This document shows positions 8,589-16,934 of a stretch of DNA of 41,358 nucleotides, piece after piece. The stretch comes from a virus. The notes beneath the pieces were generated by a model, which worked only from the letters and a program-made list of their open reading frames with translations, was not told the origin of the DNA and did no database searches. Both the position numbers and the translations under genes were made by a program. The stretch lies in the IMG/VR virus record IMGVR_UViG_3300025586_000002. The stretch is one strand, 5' to 3'. The stretch's first letter is position 1. Every line of letters begins with the position of its first letter.

Positions 8589-9488
8589 ATGGCTACAACT
8601 TTAACAAAAGCAAATTTCGCTGGCTCAGGAGTATCTGCTATGGTTCCTTCCTTTTGGTCGGACATGATGCAGGTTCCTTTGAGAAAAGGTCTAGTTGCTG
8701 AGGCTGTTGCTAACAACCAATTTCGTGCAAAATTAACTAAAGGTGATACAATTCACTTTCCTTATATTGCCGAAACGGCTGCTTCAGCACACACAGCAGG
8801 TGGAACTTTCGCACCGCAAGATATATCTTCTACAGATGAAAATCTAGTAGTTGACACAGCATATCTTGTTGCTAACTACATCGAAGATTTTGAAGAACTA
8901 CAAGCTAACTACTCTTACATGCTTGACCTTGCAGACAATGCAGGATACAAATTAAGAGATGTTATTGATACAGCAGTTTTACTTGAAACTACTGCCGCTG
9001 CATCAGGACTGTTCTACGAATCAACAGGTGTACCAATTGCTCATGCTGCAACAAATCTGGCTTCTGGTGCTATTACTGCGACAACTGCAAACATTATCAA
9101 TGTGTTCGCAAACGCAAGATTAGCTCTTAGAAAACAAAATGTTGAGGAAGCAGGAGATTGGTGCGTGGTTACATCCCCAGAGGTTGCAATGTTGATTGAA
9201 CTTGTTGGAACTGAAAAAGGATTCAGCGTGGCTGATGCGACACTTCGCAACGGTTATGCAGGAGGATTCCTTGGTTTCCAAGTTTATATCTCTAACAACC
9301 TACCAGATGGTTACAACTATTTTGGAAGAAAGGGTATGATACACTCAGTTATCCAAGCCTCTCCTAATGTTCAAATCAAAGATGTTGCGAATAAACTCGG
9401 TAAAAACCTTGTTTCTTCAATACTATTTGGTGTGAAAGCATTTTTGAGAAGCAAATCAAGATACCTAGTAGTAAAAATTACTACATAG
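8589..9488 (+). CDS. major capsid protein
   Basis: 299-aa ORF after the scaffold gene, followed by a strong stem-loop. Order and size fit. No motif-level proof. Confidence 0.7.
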   Translation: MATTLTKANFAGSGVSAMVPSFWSDMMQVPLRKGLVAEAVANNQFRAKLTKGDTIHFPYIAETAASAHTAGGTFAPQDISSTDENLVVDTAYLVANYIEDFEELQANYSYMLDLADNAGYKLRDVIDTAVLLETTAAASGLFYESTGVPIAHAATNLASGAITATTANIINVFANARLALRKQNVEEAGDWCVVTSPEVAMLIELVGTEKGFSVADATLRNGYAGGFLGFQVYISNNLPDGYNYFGRKGMIHSVIQASPNVQIKDVANKLGKNLVSSILFGVKAFLRSKSRYLVVKITT

Positions 9489-9496
9489 AATCTTTC

Positions 9497-9530
9497 CTTA
9501 GTCCCTACGGGGGCTAAGATAAGGGTTTTA
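9497..9530 (+). terminator. stem-loop after the capsid gene (attenuator or mRNA-stabilising hairpin)
   Basis: 9-bp stem cttagtccc / ggggctaag (one G:U) with a tacg loop. A T-rich stretch follows only after a 7-nt gap, so this is not a canonical intrinsic terminator. Confidence 0.45.
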
Positions 9531-9548
9531 TAAAATAATAATAATACA

Positions 9549-10223
9549 ATGACATTAGCAGAACTTCAAGCCGATACACTTTTTTTGGCAAACACTGTGT
9601 CCGCACAATATGCAGACATTGCTATTAAAAGAAATCTTAATATACATTATGATATTGCTGTTTTAGACATATGGGATTCTGCGGCTGATTGGCAGTTTGA
9701 CGAAGGAATAGATGAACTACCGATAGGAACTGCAGCATTAGTAGCAGAACAAGATAACTATGCTATACCGACAGACGCAAGAGAGGTTGAAAGAGTAGAA
9801 GTAAAAGATTCAAACGGAAAGTATATCAAATTAGTTTCAATAGATTCTGCCAACATAAAAGATAGTCTTGAGCAGTTTAGAGGGAATAGTGGAACACCAG
9901 CTTATTACGATATAATAGGCAGGTCTTTAATTCTTTACCCAACACCAAGTTATAGTTCAGACGAAGGACTTTTAGTAGCAGTAAGTAAATCAGTTACACA
10001 ACTATCAGAAAGCACAGACGAGCCAAGAATTGAAAGAGAGTTTCACAGAATAATTAGTCTTGGTGCGGCATTAGACTGGTGTATAGCAAAAGGTAATCCA
10101 ACAAAGCGTGCCGAAATAGAGAGAGAACTTCTAAAACTTCAAATAAAATTAAGAAAGTTTTATGCAAACAGAAACAAAGACTACGACACCAGGATTAAAC
10201 CTGCAATGCAAAACTACGAATAA
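9549..10223 (+). CDS. putative head-to-tail adaptor/connector protein
   Basis: Position between the capsid and tail genes, and size comparable to podoviral adaptor proteins. Inference only. Confidence 0.35.
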   Translation: MTLAELQADTLFLANTVSAQYADIAIKRNLNIHYDIAVLDIWDSAADWQFDEGIDELPIGTAALVAEQDNYAIPTDAREVERVEVKDSNGKYIKLVSIDSANIKDSLEQFRGNSGTPAYYDIIGRSLILYPTPSYSSDEGLLVAVSKSVTQLSESTDEPRIEREFHRIISLGAALDWCIAKGNPTKRAEIERELLKLQIKLRKFYANRNKDYDTRIKPAMQNYE

Positions 10224-11307
10224 CATAAGTTGCACATATATTTTAAGCAACTTTACAGAGTTTCAGGTTGGTTGTTTTCAGGTAAGGATAAATAATCCCT
10301 TCATTCATTTGAATAGATTAGGACACAAGATGGAATATGTTGTTATGGGGCAACACGAATATACAGAGATAGATTCTGACATTGTAATGTATTCCAGAGC
10401 ATATACACAAGACCCATTTCGTTCTTTATGGAAACATAAATCAGACGGAAGAAAGATAGTTTATGAAATGGACGATGATATTTGGAACATACCAGAACTG
10501 AACCCAGCACACGATGGCTATGGCAAGAAGATGAAAAGTGATATTAGCGGATTGTGTAAAGAAGCAGACTTAGTTATTGTAAGCACAGAAGCATTGAAAG
10601 AAGTTGTTATAGAAGAAACAGGACAAAAGAATATAGTAGTTATTCCAAACGCTTTAGACTTAGACAAGTTTAAACTACGACCGAACAAAGAAGGATTAAG
10701 AATAGGCTGGACAGGAGGTGCAAACCATTATGAAGATTTAGACATTGTTTTACAAGCAATACACGACCTTCAAGAAGAATACGATTTTGAGTTCATTATA
10801 CAAGGATTAACCGCTGGACCGTGGGATGCTGACGCTTATTCAACAAACCTTATTTTAGAAAGAGGAGAACCGAAAGAAGCAATGCTTGCAATGAACACAC
10901 AGAAGTTAAACATTTATAAGAAGTTAAGAAAGTTAAAAAACTTCAAACATATTCCCTTTTACCCGCCAGAAATGTATGCTTCTGTATTAAAAGAAATAGA
11001 CTTAGACATTGGACTAATTCCAATAGTAGGACACAAGTTTGATAAATCAAAATCAATTATTAAGTATTTAGAATATACCGCAACAGGAACAGCAGTAATA
11101 GCATCAGAAGAAGACCCTTATAGAGATGTTATCTATACTGTTAAAAATAAATATAAGTATTGGTATAACGGAATTAAAGAGTTAATAGAAAATAAGGAGT
11201 TAAGAAATCAACTCGCTAAACAACAACACAAACAACTCTTTCCAAAATATGATATGAAAGAAGTAGTTAAACAATACGAAAAAGCATTATGTGGACTTAT
11301 AAAGTAA
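10162..11307 (+). CDS. GT-B fold (GT1/GT4-like) glycosyltransferase
   Basis: RIGWTGGANHYEDL and KSKSIIKYLEYTATGTAVIASE (E-x7-E-type block). The segment VRINNPFIHLNRLGHKMEYVV looks like the N-terminal YRxxxPxxxLxxxGHEV element. That favours the ATG at 10162 (62-nt overlap with the upstream gene) over the ATG at 10330. Confidence 0.6.
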   Translation: MQTETKTTTPGLNLQCKTTNNISCTYILSNFTEFQVGCFQVRINNPFIHLNRLGHKMEYVVMGQHEYTEIDSDIVMYSRAYTQDPFRSLWKHKSDGRKIVYEMDDDIWNIPELNPAHDGYGKKMKSDISGLCKEADLVIVSTEALKEVVIEETGQKNIVVIPNALDLDKFKLRPNKEGLRIGWTGGANHYEDLDIVLQAIHDLQEEYDFEFIIQGLTAGPWDADAYSTNLILERGEPKEAMLAMNTQKLNIYKKLRKLKNFKHIPFYPPEMYASVLKEIDLDIGLIPIVGHKFDKSKSIIKYLEYTATGTAVIASEEDPYRDVIYTVKNKYKYWYNGIKELIENKELRNQLAKQQHKQLFPKYDMKEVVKQYEKALCGLIK

Positions 11308-11480
11308 AAAAAGCAACAACATTTATAAACAAAGTAAGAGAGAAACTATTAGGTTTTCTTTTACAGGAAAATGGTGCTTATATACTTACGCAAGACGGCG
11401 GAAAGATTATTGTCAGAGATAGTAGATGGTCTAATAAAACAAAGAGTTCTACAAATTGGTCATATAAAACAAAAACATAA
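11289..11480 (+). CDS. hypothetical small protein upstream of the tail fibre
   Basis: 63-aa ORF overlapping the end of the GT-B gene. Confidence 0.5.
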   Translation: MWTYKVKKATTFINKVREKLLGFLLQENGAYILTQDGGKIIVRDSRWSNKTKSSTNWSYKTKT

Positions 11481-11512
11481 AATCATAAAATCATAAAGAG
11501 ACATTTAAAAAT

Positions 11513-14410
11513 ATGGCAACAGATAAAAAAATAACTGACTTCACAGAGCTAACACCAGTTGGAAATAATGACTGGGTAGCTGTTGTTGATACAGCAACAG
11601 ACGAAACTAAAAAAGCAAAAAGGTCTGAGTTCAAAGGAGATACAGGTTTAACTGGAGATACTGGATTGACTGGAGATACGGGAGCACAGGGTATTCAGGG
11701 TATTCAAGGTTTAACAGGAGATACTGGAGACACAGGATTAACTGGCGACACAGGAGCAACAGGAGCTTCTATTACATCCGCAGCGTTTGTTGTTGATGAT
11801 ATGGTATTTACAAAAGATGATACCAATACAGTTACATTAACAAATGCTAAAATAGATTTAAAGGGAGATACAGGAGCACAAGGTATTCAAGGTGTAACTG
11901 GTGATACGGGAGCACAGGGCATACAGGGCATTCAAGGTATTCAAGGTGAAATAGGAACTGCTGCTACCGCTGATGCTGGAACTACTACTACTGGAGTACC
12001 TGGAACATCTGCTGCAGTTGTCAACTCAGGTTCTACAAGTGCTGCTATATTTGATTTTACAATTCCAAGAGGTGATGTTGGTGCGACTGGTGCGACTGGA
12101 GACCAAGGAATACAAGGAATACAAGGCATACAAGGAATTACTGGTGACACTGGGGATACTGGTGCTACTGGTGAACAGGGTATTCAAGGAATACAGGGTG
12201 AAACTGGAACAGGAATTACAGAAGAAACAATAGGATTTACGGCAACTGGTGGAACAACACCTAAAACTTTAACAGTAGATGATAACTTTGTAGTTTCTAC
12301 TCAATTATCTGCTATAGGTGCTAATACCGCAAAGACAACAGAAAGCACAACCGTTACTTCTCCTTTAGTTAAAACAACTTATGATATTTCTATTCCTGCT
12401 GCTACAAACGCAGTTGCAGGACACGCTACAGTAGCACATATTACGGCTATTGAAGCAAATACAGCAAAGAATACTAATGTTTCCACAGCTTTAAGTGTAG
12501 GAACAGTAGGAGTAAATACGGTAGCAATCACTTCAGATGGTGGAGCAGATGATGTCACTCTTCCAGCAGCAACAGTTTCTGCCGCAGGAATGCTCACAAC
12601 GGCTAAATGGGGTGAAATAGTTGCAAATACAAATAAAGTAACTAATGCTACACATACAGGAGACGCTACAGGTTCAGGGGCACTAACTGTTGTGGCTATC
12701 AATGCTACAAATATGGCAGGGTTAGCAACTGGCATATTAAAAAATACAACAACAACAGGAGTTCCAAGTATTGCAATAAACTCTGACTTACCAGCTATGA
12801 GTGCAACAGTAGGAGGAGCAGTACCAACACCACCAAATAATACAACAACCTTTCTTAGAGGCGATGGAACTTTCGCAGCACCAGCTGGTGGTGGCGATAT
12901 GGTTCTTGCAGATATTCAATCTGTTACTGGATTAAAAACTTTTGATACAATTAAACTTGCGATTAAAGGTTCTTCAACTGGTTCAACAGCTATTGCTTCG
13001 GCTAACGCTTCAGCTACTTCTTACACAGCAACTTTACAAGCTGTTACTGGAACTTTAGCTTATCAAGCTGATGTAACTTATATCGGCACGACTTCTGTGG
13101 CTCTTAATCGGACTTCTGCTGCTTTAACTTTGGCTGGAATTACATTAACAACTCCTAATATTGGAACACCAAGTGCAGGTGTTTTAACTTCTTGCACAGG
13201 ATTACCTTACAGTGGTTTAGCAAATGGAACAGACGGTAATTTAATTACTTGGGATGCCGCTGGTGTAATAGCTGTTGTAGCAACAGGAGATGCTACACAG
13301 GTTTTAACTTCTAATGGTGTTGGTACTGCTCCAACTTTTCAAGCTGCTGCTGGTGGAGGTGGTGCTGTAGATTGGATAGTTAAAAATAATACATACACGT
13401 CAGAGAATGGAGATGGTATTTTAGCAGATACTTCAGGAAATACTTGGACTTTAACTTTACCAGTAATACCAGATGTAGGATATGTTGTTGGAATTTCAGA
13501 TAGCACAAGTTCTTTTTCTACTAATAATTTAACTATTGCAAGGAATGGAAGTAAAATAATGGGAGAATTGGAAAATTTAGTTGTAGACATAAACGATGCT
13601 TCATTCTTACTTGTTTATACAGGTGATTCTACTGGTTGGAAATTAGATACTTTTTTTCCAGTTGGCAGTCAATTAGTTAAAGCAACGGGTGCAGAAATAG
13701 ACACGGGAACAGACGATGCTAAGTTTGCTACTCCCAAAGCAATAGAAGATAGTGGTTTAGCAAAAACTTCTGAAATACCCGTTAAAGCAACAGCTGCAGA
13801 ATTAGATACAGGAGAAGATGATGCAAAGTTCGCTACAGCATTAGCAATTAAAGATTCACATAATGTTCCAAGTGTAGTTCCAAGCACAGCAGGAAAGGTT
13901 CTTACTTCTGATGGAACAGATTGGATAAGTGCAGCTATTGGAGCAGCAGATTTACCAGCAGCTTTAACACCAACAACAATAGATTTAGGTCACGCTTCAG
14001 ATACAACCCTTTCAAGAAGTGCCGCTGGAGTATTAGCAGTTGAGGGTGTAGTAGTGCCGACAATAAGTTCTGTAAGCACTTTTACAAATAAGAGAGTAAC
14101 TATCAGATATGATGGAACTACTTCTCATGCTACACCAACAATAAACACAGATAATGTAGATATGTATGGATTAACAGCACAAGCAGAAGCGATTACTTCA
14201 ATGACCACTAATTTATCTGGAACACCTACTCAAGGACAGAAACTTTGGATTCAAATAACTGGAACTGCTGCAAGAGCAATAAGTTGGGGGGCATCTTTTG
14301 AAGCATCAACGGTCGCACTTCCAACAACAACGGTAACCACTGCACGATTAGATGTCGGATTTGTCTGGAATACAGTAACAAGTAAATGGCGATGTATCGC
14401 TGTAGCATAA
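11513..14410 (+). CDS. tail fibre protein with collagen-like triple-helix tracts
   Basis: The N-terminus [15 protein letters not shown] resembles a fibre anchor. There are three Gly-X-Y tracts ([10 protein letters not shown]..., [10 protein letters not shown]...). Two copies of the motif ExDxGxDDAKFATxxAI occur near residues 725-780. Confidence 0.85.
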   Translation: MATDKKITDFTELTPVGNNDWVAVVDTATDETKKAKRSEFKGDTGLTGDTGLTGDTGAQGIQGIQGLTGDTGDTGLTGDTGATGASITSAAFVVDDMVFTKDDTNTVTLTNAKIDLKGDTGAQGIQGVTGDTGAQGIQGIQGIQGEIGTAATADAGTTTTGVPGTSAAVVNSGSTSAAIFDFTIPRGDVGATGATGDQGIQGIQGIQGITGDTGDTGATGEQGIQGIQGETGTGITEETIGFTATGGTTPKTLTVDDNFVVSTQLSAIGANTAKTTESTTVTSPLVKTTYDISIPAATNAVAGHATVAHITAIEANTAKNTNVSTALSVGTVGVNTVAITSDGGADDVTLPAATVSAAGMLTTAKWGEIVANTNKVTNATHTGDATGSGALTVVAINATNMAGLATGILKNTTTTGVPSIAINSDLPAMSATVGGAVPTPPNNTTTFLRGDGTFAAPAGGGDMVLADIQSVTGLKTFDTIKLAIKGSSTGSTAIASANASATSYTATLQAVTGTLAYQADVTYIGTTSVALNRTSAALTLAGITLTTPNIGTPSAGVLTSCTGLPYSGLANGTDGNLITWDAAGVIAVVATGDATQVLTSNGVGTAPTFQAAAGGGGAVDWIVKNNTYTSENGDGILADTSGNTWTLTLPVIPDVGYVVGISDSTSSFSTNNLTIARNGSKIMGELENLVVDINDASFLLVYTGDSTGWKLDTFFPVGSQLVKATGAEIDTGTDDAKFATPKAIEDSGLAKTSEIPVKATAAELDTGEDDAKFATALAIKDSHNVPSVVPSTAGKVLTSDGTDWISAAIGAADLPAALTPTTIDLGHASDTTLSRSAAGVLAVEGVVVPTISSVSTFTNKRVTIRYDGTTSHATPTINTDNVDMYGLTAQAEAITSMTTNLSGTPTQGQKLWIQITGTAARAISWGASFEASTVALPTTTVTTARLDVGFVWNTVTSKWRCIAVA
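11636..12215 (+). repeat. collagen-like Gly-X-Y triplet-repeat tracts (three blocks) inside the fibre gene
   Basis: Reiterated ggWgaYacWgg / ggYatWcaRgg 9-nt units. They also create spurious long ORFs in other frames and on the opposite strand. Confidence 0.85.
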
Positions 14411-14415
14411 ACAAA

Positions 14416-14595
14416 ATGAAAATGTTCAAAAAAAAGATAACTGAAAACCATATAACAAGACGACAATTTAGCTATTCAAAAGGAATGATTAGTTTAGAAT
14501 TCACACTGAGAGTAGATATTAAAACAGAGTTAGAAGTATTTAAGGAACTTTTGCTCAAAGCCCTTGAGGATATTGAGCAAGAGATAGATAAATAA
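14416..14595 (+). CDS. hypothetical small protein downstream of the fibre (possible fibre assembly factor by position)
   Basis: The ATG at 14416 lies just after the fibre stop. The ORF track starts it at 14386, inside the fibre gene. Confidence 0.4.
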   Translation: MKMFKKKITENHITRRQFSYSKGMISLEFTLRVDIKTELEVFKELLLKALEDIEQEIDK

Positions 14596-14596
14596 T

Positions 14597-15424
14597 ATGA
14601 GTACAGTAAAAGTATTAGTAGTAGCTGGAGGAGCTGGTGGAGGAGGAGAAAACATTGGAAACGCTGGTGGCGGTGGTGCTGGAGAATTTCTTACAGATGC
14701 AGCATATTTAGTAACTGCTCAAGCATATTCAATAACAGTTGGTGATGGGGGTTCTGCTGGTGCAACTGATACGAAAGGTAGTAACGGTACAAATTCAGTC
14801 TTTGGTACTATAACAGCTACTGGTGGTGGCGGTGGCGGTATATATGATGCTGAAGGTCCAGATACAAATGGGCTTGCAGGTGGTAGTGGTGGCGGTGCTG
14901 GACAAGCTAGTTCTGGAGTAGGTGGAACATCACAAACTGGTGGAAATGCAGGTGGAGATACAACTGGAAATAGAAGTGGTGCTGGTGGCGGTGGTGCTGA
15001 TGCTGTTGGTGGTACTGGTGGTGACCCTGACCCTGGAAATGGTGGTGTAGGATTAGCAAGTTCTATTTCTGGAACATCGGTTTATTATGCAGGTGGAGGC
15101 GGTGGTGCTGCACATTCTTCTTCATCAGACCCAGCAGAAGGTGGTACTGGCGGAGGTGGAAATGGTAGATATACTACTACTGTAGGACAAGATGGAACTG
15201 TAAATACTGGTGGTGGCGGTGGCGGTGGAGGAGAAAGTGTTGCTGGTGGAGATGGTGGTTCAGGAATAGTAATTATTAGTTATATAACAGCAGATTTTGG
15301 CGAATGCACAGGAGGAACAATCACTACTGACGGTGCAGATACAATACACACTTTTACAAGCAATGGAACTTTTACAGTAGTAGCAGCACCAGTCGCAAAA
15401 GGAAACTTCTTTATGTTCTTCTAA
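14597..15424 (+). CDS. glycine-rich tail-fibre-associated protein
   Basis: VKVLVVAGGAGGGG at the N-terminus, long GGxGG tracts, and a C-terminal DTIHTFTSNGTFTV motif typical of phage glycine-rich fibre proteins. Confidence 0.55.
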   Translation: MSTVKVLVVAGGAGGGGENIGNAGGGGAGEFLTDAAYLVTAQAYSITVGDGGSAGATDTKGSNGTNSVFGTITATGGGGGGIYDAEGPDTNGLAGGSGGGAGQASSGVGGTSQTGGNAGGDTTGNRSGAGGGGADAVGGTGGDPDPGNGGVGLASSISGTSVYYAGGGGGAAHSSSSDPAEGGTGGGGNGRYTTTVGQDGTVNTGGGGGGGGESVAGGDGGSGIVIISYITADFGECTGGTITTDGADTIHTFTSNGTFTVVAAPVAKGNFFMFF

Positions 15425-15440
15425 TGAAAATTAACGATAC

Positions 15441-15530
15441 AATACACCCTGAATTTATAATACTTATACCAATAATTATGGACTTATCTTTTAATTAAAA
15501 TATGGCAACACAAATAGCAGATAAAAATAA
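15441..15530 (+). repeat. intergenic repeat copy A (shared with 16854-16932)
   Basis: Identical 46-nt core cttataccaataattatggacttatcttttaattaaaatatggcaa at 15463-15508 and 16871-16916, plus the shared segment aatacaccctga upstream. Confidence 0.9.
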
Positions 15531-15564
15531 AGTATTTCAAGATATAATTTAAATAATAAAAATT

Positions 15565-16248
15565 ATGATATTATCAGACATATTAAAATTTATACCTAGT
15601 TCTAAGGCAATAGCTACGGAATTAGATGTAGGAGAAGATGATGCTAAATTTGCCACAGCATTAGCGATTAAGAATGCTAAAAATGTTCCAAGTGTAGTTC
15701 CTGGTGACAATGGAAAGGTTCTTACGTCAGACGGAACAGATTGGACAAGTGCAGCACCAGCGGAAGATGTAACAAAACTTCCATTAGCAGGAGGCACATT
15801 ATCAGGAGATATTCAGCTCGGAGAAACAGATATTAAATTAGACGCAGTTTTATCAGCAGATGAGAAATGGTCAGGCATAGTCATCGCTGTAACATTAGGT
15901 TCAACTGCTGCTTTAGGAGAAGTTTGTTTCTTAGCGAGTGATAGTAAGTGGGATAAAGTAGATGGGATATTAGACGGAACAGATGTTGGCTTCAAAGCAC
16001 AATTAGGAATATGTTTAGTGGCAGGTAATGCAGATGCTGCTTCTGAAATGTTACTTTATGGAAAGGTTAGAAGTGCTGGATTCCCTAATTTTACAGTAGG
16101 TGCTCCAGTTTATCTTCACGATACAGCAGGAGATTTAGTCGTAGCTCAGCCGAGTAGTGCAAACTTCGCAATTCGTATTGTTGGATACGCAATTACAGTT
16201 GAGGATTTATTATTTAATCCATCTAATGACTATATCGTCAAAGTTTAA
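15565..16248 (+). CDS. tail-fibre distal module protein sharing a junction motif with the main fibre
   Basis: Residues [48 protein letters not shown] match fibre residues [13 protein letters not shown]...TDWISAA at 39/48. LPLAGGTLSGDI is a fibre-type motif. A 16-codon fibre-like start (MATQIADK...) lies upstream in the same frame, separated by one TAA at 15550-15552. Confidence 0.7.
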   Translation: MILSDILKFIPSSKAIATELDVGEDDAKFATALAIKNAKNVPSVVPGDNGKVLTSDGTDWTSAAPAEDVTKLPLAGGTLSGDIQLGETDIKLDAVLSADEKWSGIVIAVTLGSTAALGEVCFLASDSKWDKVDGILDGTDVGFKAQLGICLVAGNADAASEMLLYGKVRSAGFPNFTVGAPVYLHDTAGDLVVAQPSSANFAIRIVGYAITVEDLLFNPSNDYIVKV

Positions 16249-16293
16249 TTATGACATATATTAAAATTTTTATTAACTAACAAAACACAAAAT

Positions 16294-16836
16294 ATGGATT
16301 ATGGTCCAAATTTAATGAGGGATGGAACTATTTCAACTATTGGACAAGGTCCAACACAGTGGTACACATTTCAAGCAAGTAATGCAAATGATGGAAATAC
16401 GGGTGGAACAGCTTATGGGATAACACTCGGTGCCCCTGCAAGCTATAATGATGGTAGAGGATTAACATTAACATTTTCTCGTGCCATATCTCCAACTCGT
16501 TTTGTACAATATGGATATAATCTTACATTTAATTATGTAATTCAGTATTATGCAAATGATACTTGGAATACTATTGATACAATAGCAAACTCGTCTGGTA
16601 CAATGAACTTAGATTTTAATCTTGATAGTGCAATATCTTCAACACAATGGAGATGGTATATTGCAAATTGGAACAACCCAGATACTAATTATTATTGTTT
16701 TGAATTTGAAGTATATGAAGAATTACCAGCAGGTCCAGCAAATCTTAAATCTTATAACGGATTATTAAAGGCAAACATTAAATCTATAATGGGGTTGGGG
16801 ATTGGTTCGGTCAAATCAGTTAATGGCTTATCTTAG
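16294..16836 (+). CDS. discoidin / F5-8 type C-like carbohydrate-binding protein
   Basis: SNANDGNTGGTAYG near the N-terminus, W-containing beta-sandwich-like pattern (NDTWNTID, TQWRWYI), and FEFEVYE at the domain end. Confidence 0.4.
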   Translation: MDYGPNLMRDGTISTIGQGPTQWYTFQASNANDGNTGGTAYGITLGAPASYNDGRGLTLTFSRAISPTRFVQYGYNLTFNYVIQYYANDTWNTIDTIANSSGTMNLDFNLDSAISSTQWRWYIANWNNPDTNYYCFEFEVYEELPAGPANLKSYNGLLKANIKSIMGLGIGSVKSVNGLS

Positions 16837-16853
16837 ATGAAACTAGGAAAAGA

Positions 16854-16932
16854 AATACACCCTGATAATCCTTATACCAATAATTATGGACTTATCTTTT
16901 AATTAAAATATGGCAATAGCAGATAAATAAAT
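16854..16932 (+). repeat. intergenic repeat copy B (shared with 15441-15530)
   Basis: See copy A. It ends in a decayed start, atggcaatagcagataaataa. Confidence 0.9.
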
Positions 16933-16934
16933 AT

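Noticed and set aside
11941-12735. Long ORFs in alternative frames and on the minus strand inside the fibre gene (11941-12150 -, 11973-12233 +, 12379-12735 -)
   Set aside because: They lie wholly within the collagen-like and low-complexity repeats of a well-supported fibre gene. Such repeats suppress stop codons in other frames. They have no start context or independent motif.
13799-15755. Diversity-generating retroelement (template/variable repeat pair) in the fibre locus
   Set aside because: No reverse transcriptase ORF exists anywhere in the window. The 26 mismatches between the two copies involve all base types rather than being confined to adenine positions.
11513-16932. Invertible (Gin/Cin-type) tail-fibre switch
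   Set aside because: The shared segments are direct repeats, not inverted repeats. All fibre genes are on one strand, and no invertase or recombinase gene is present.
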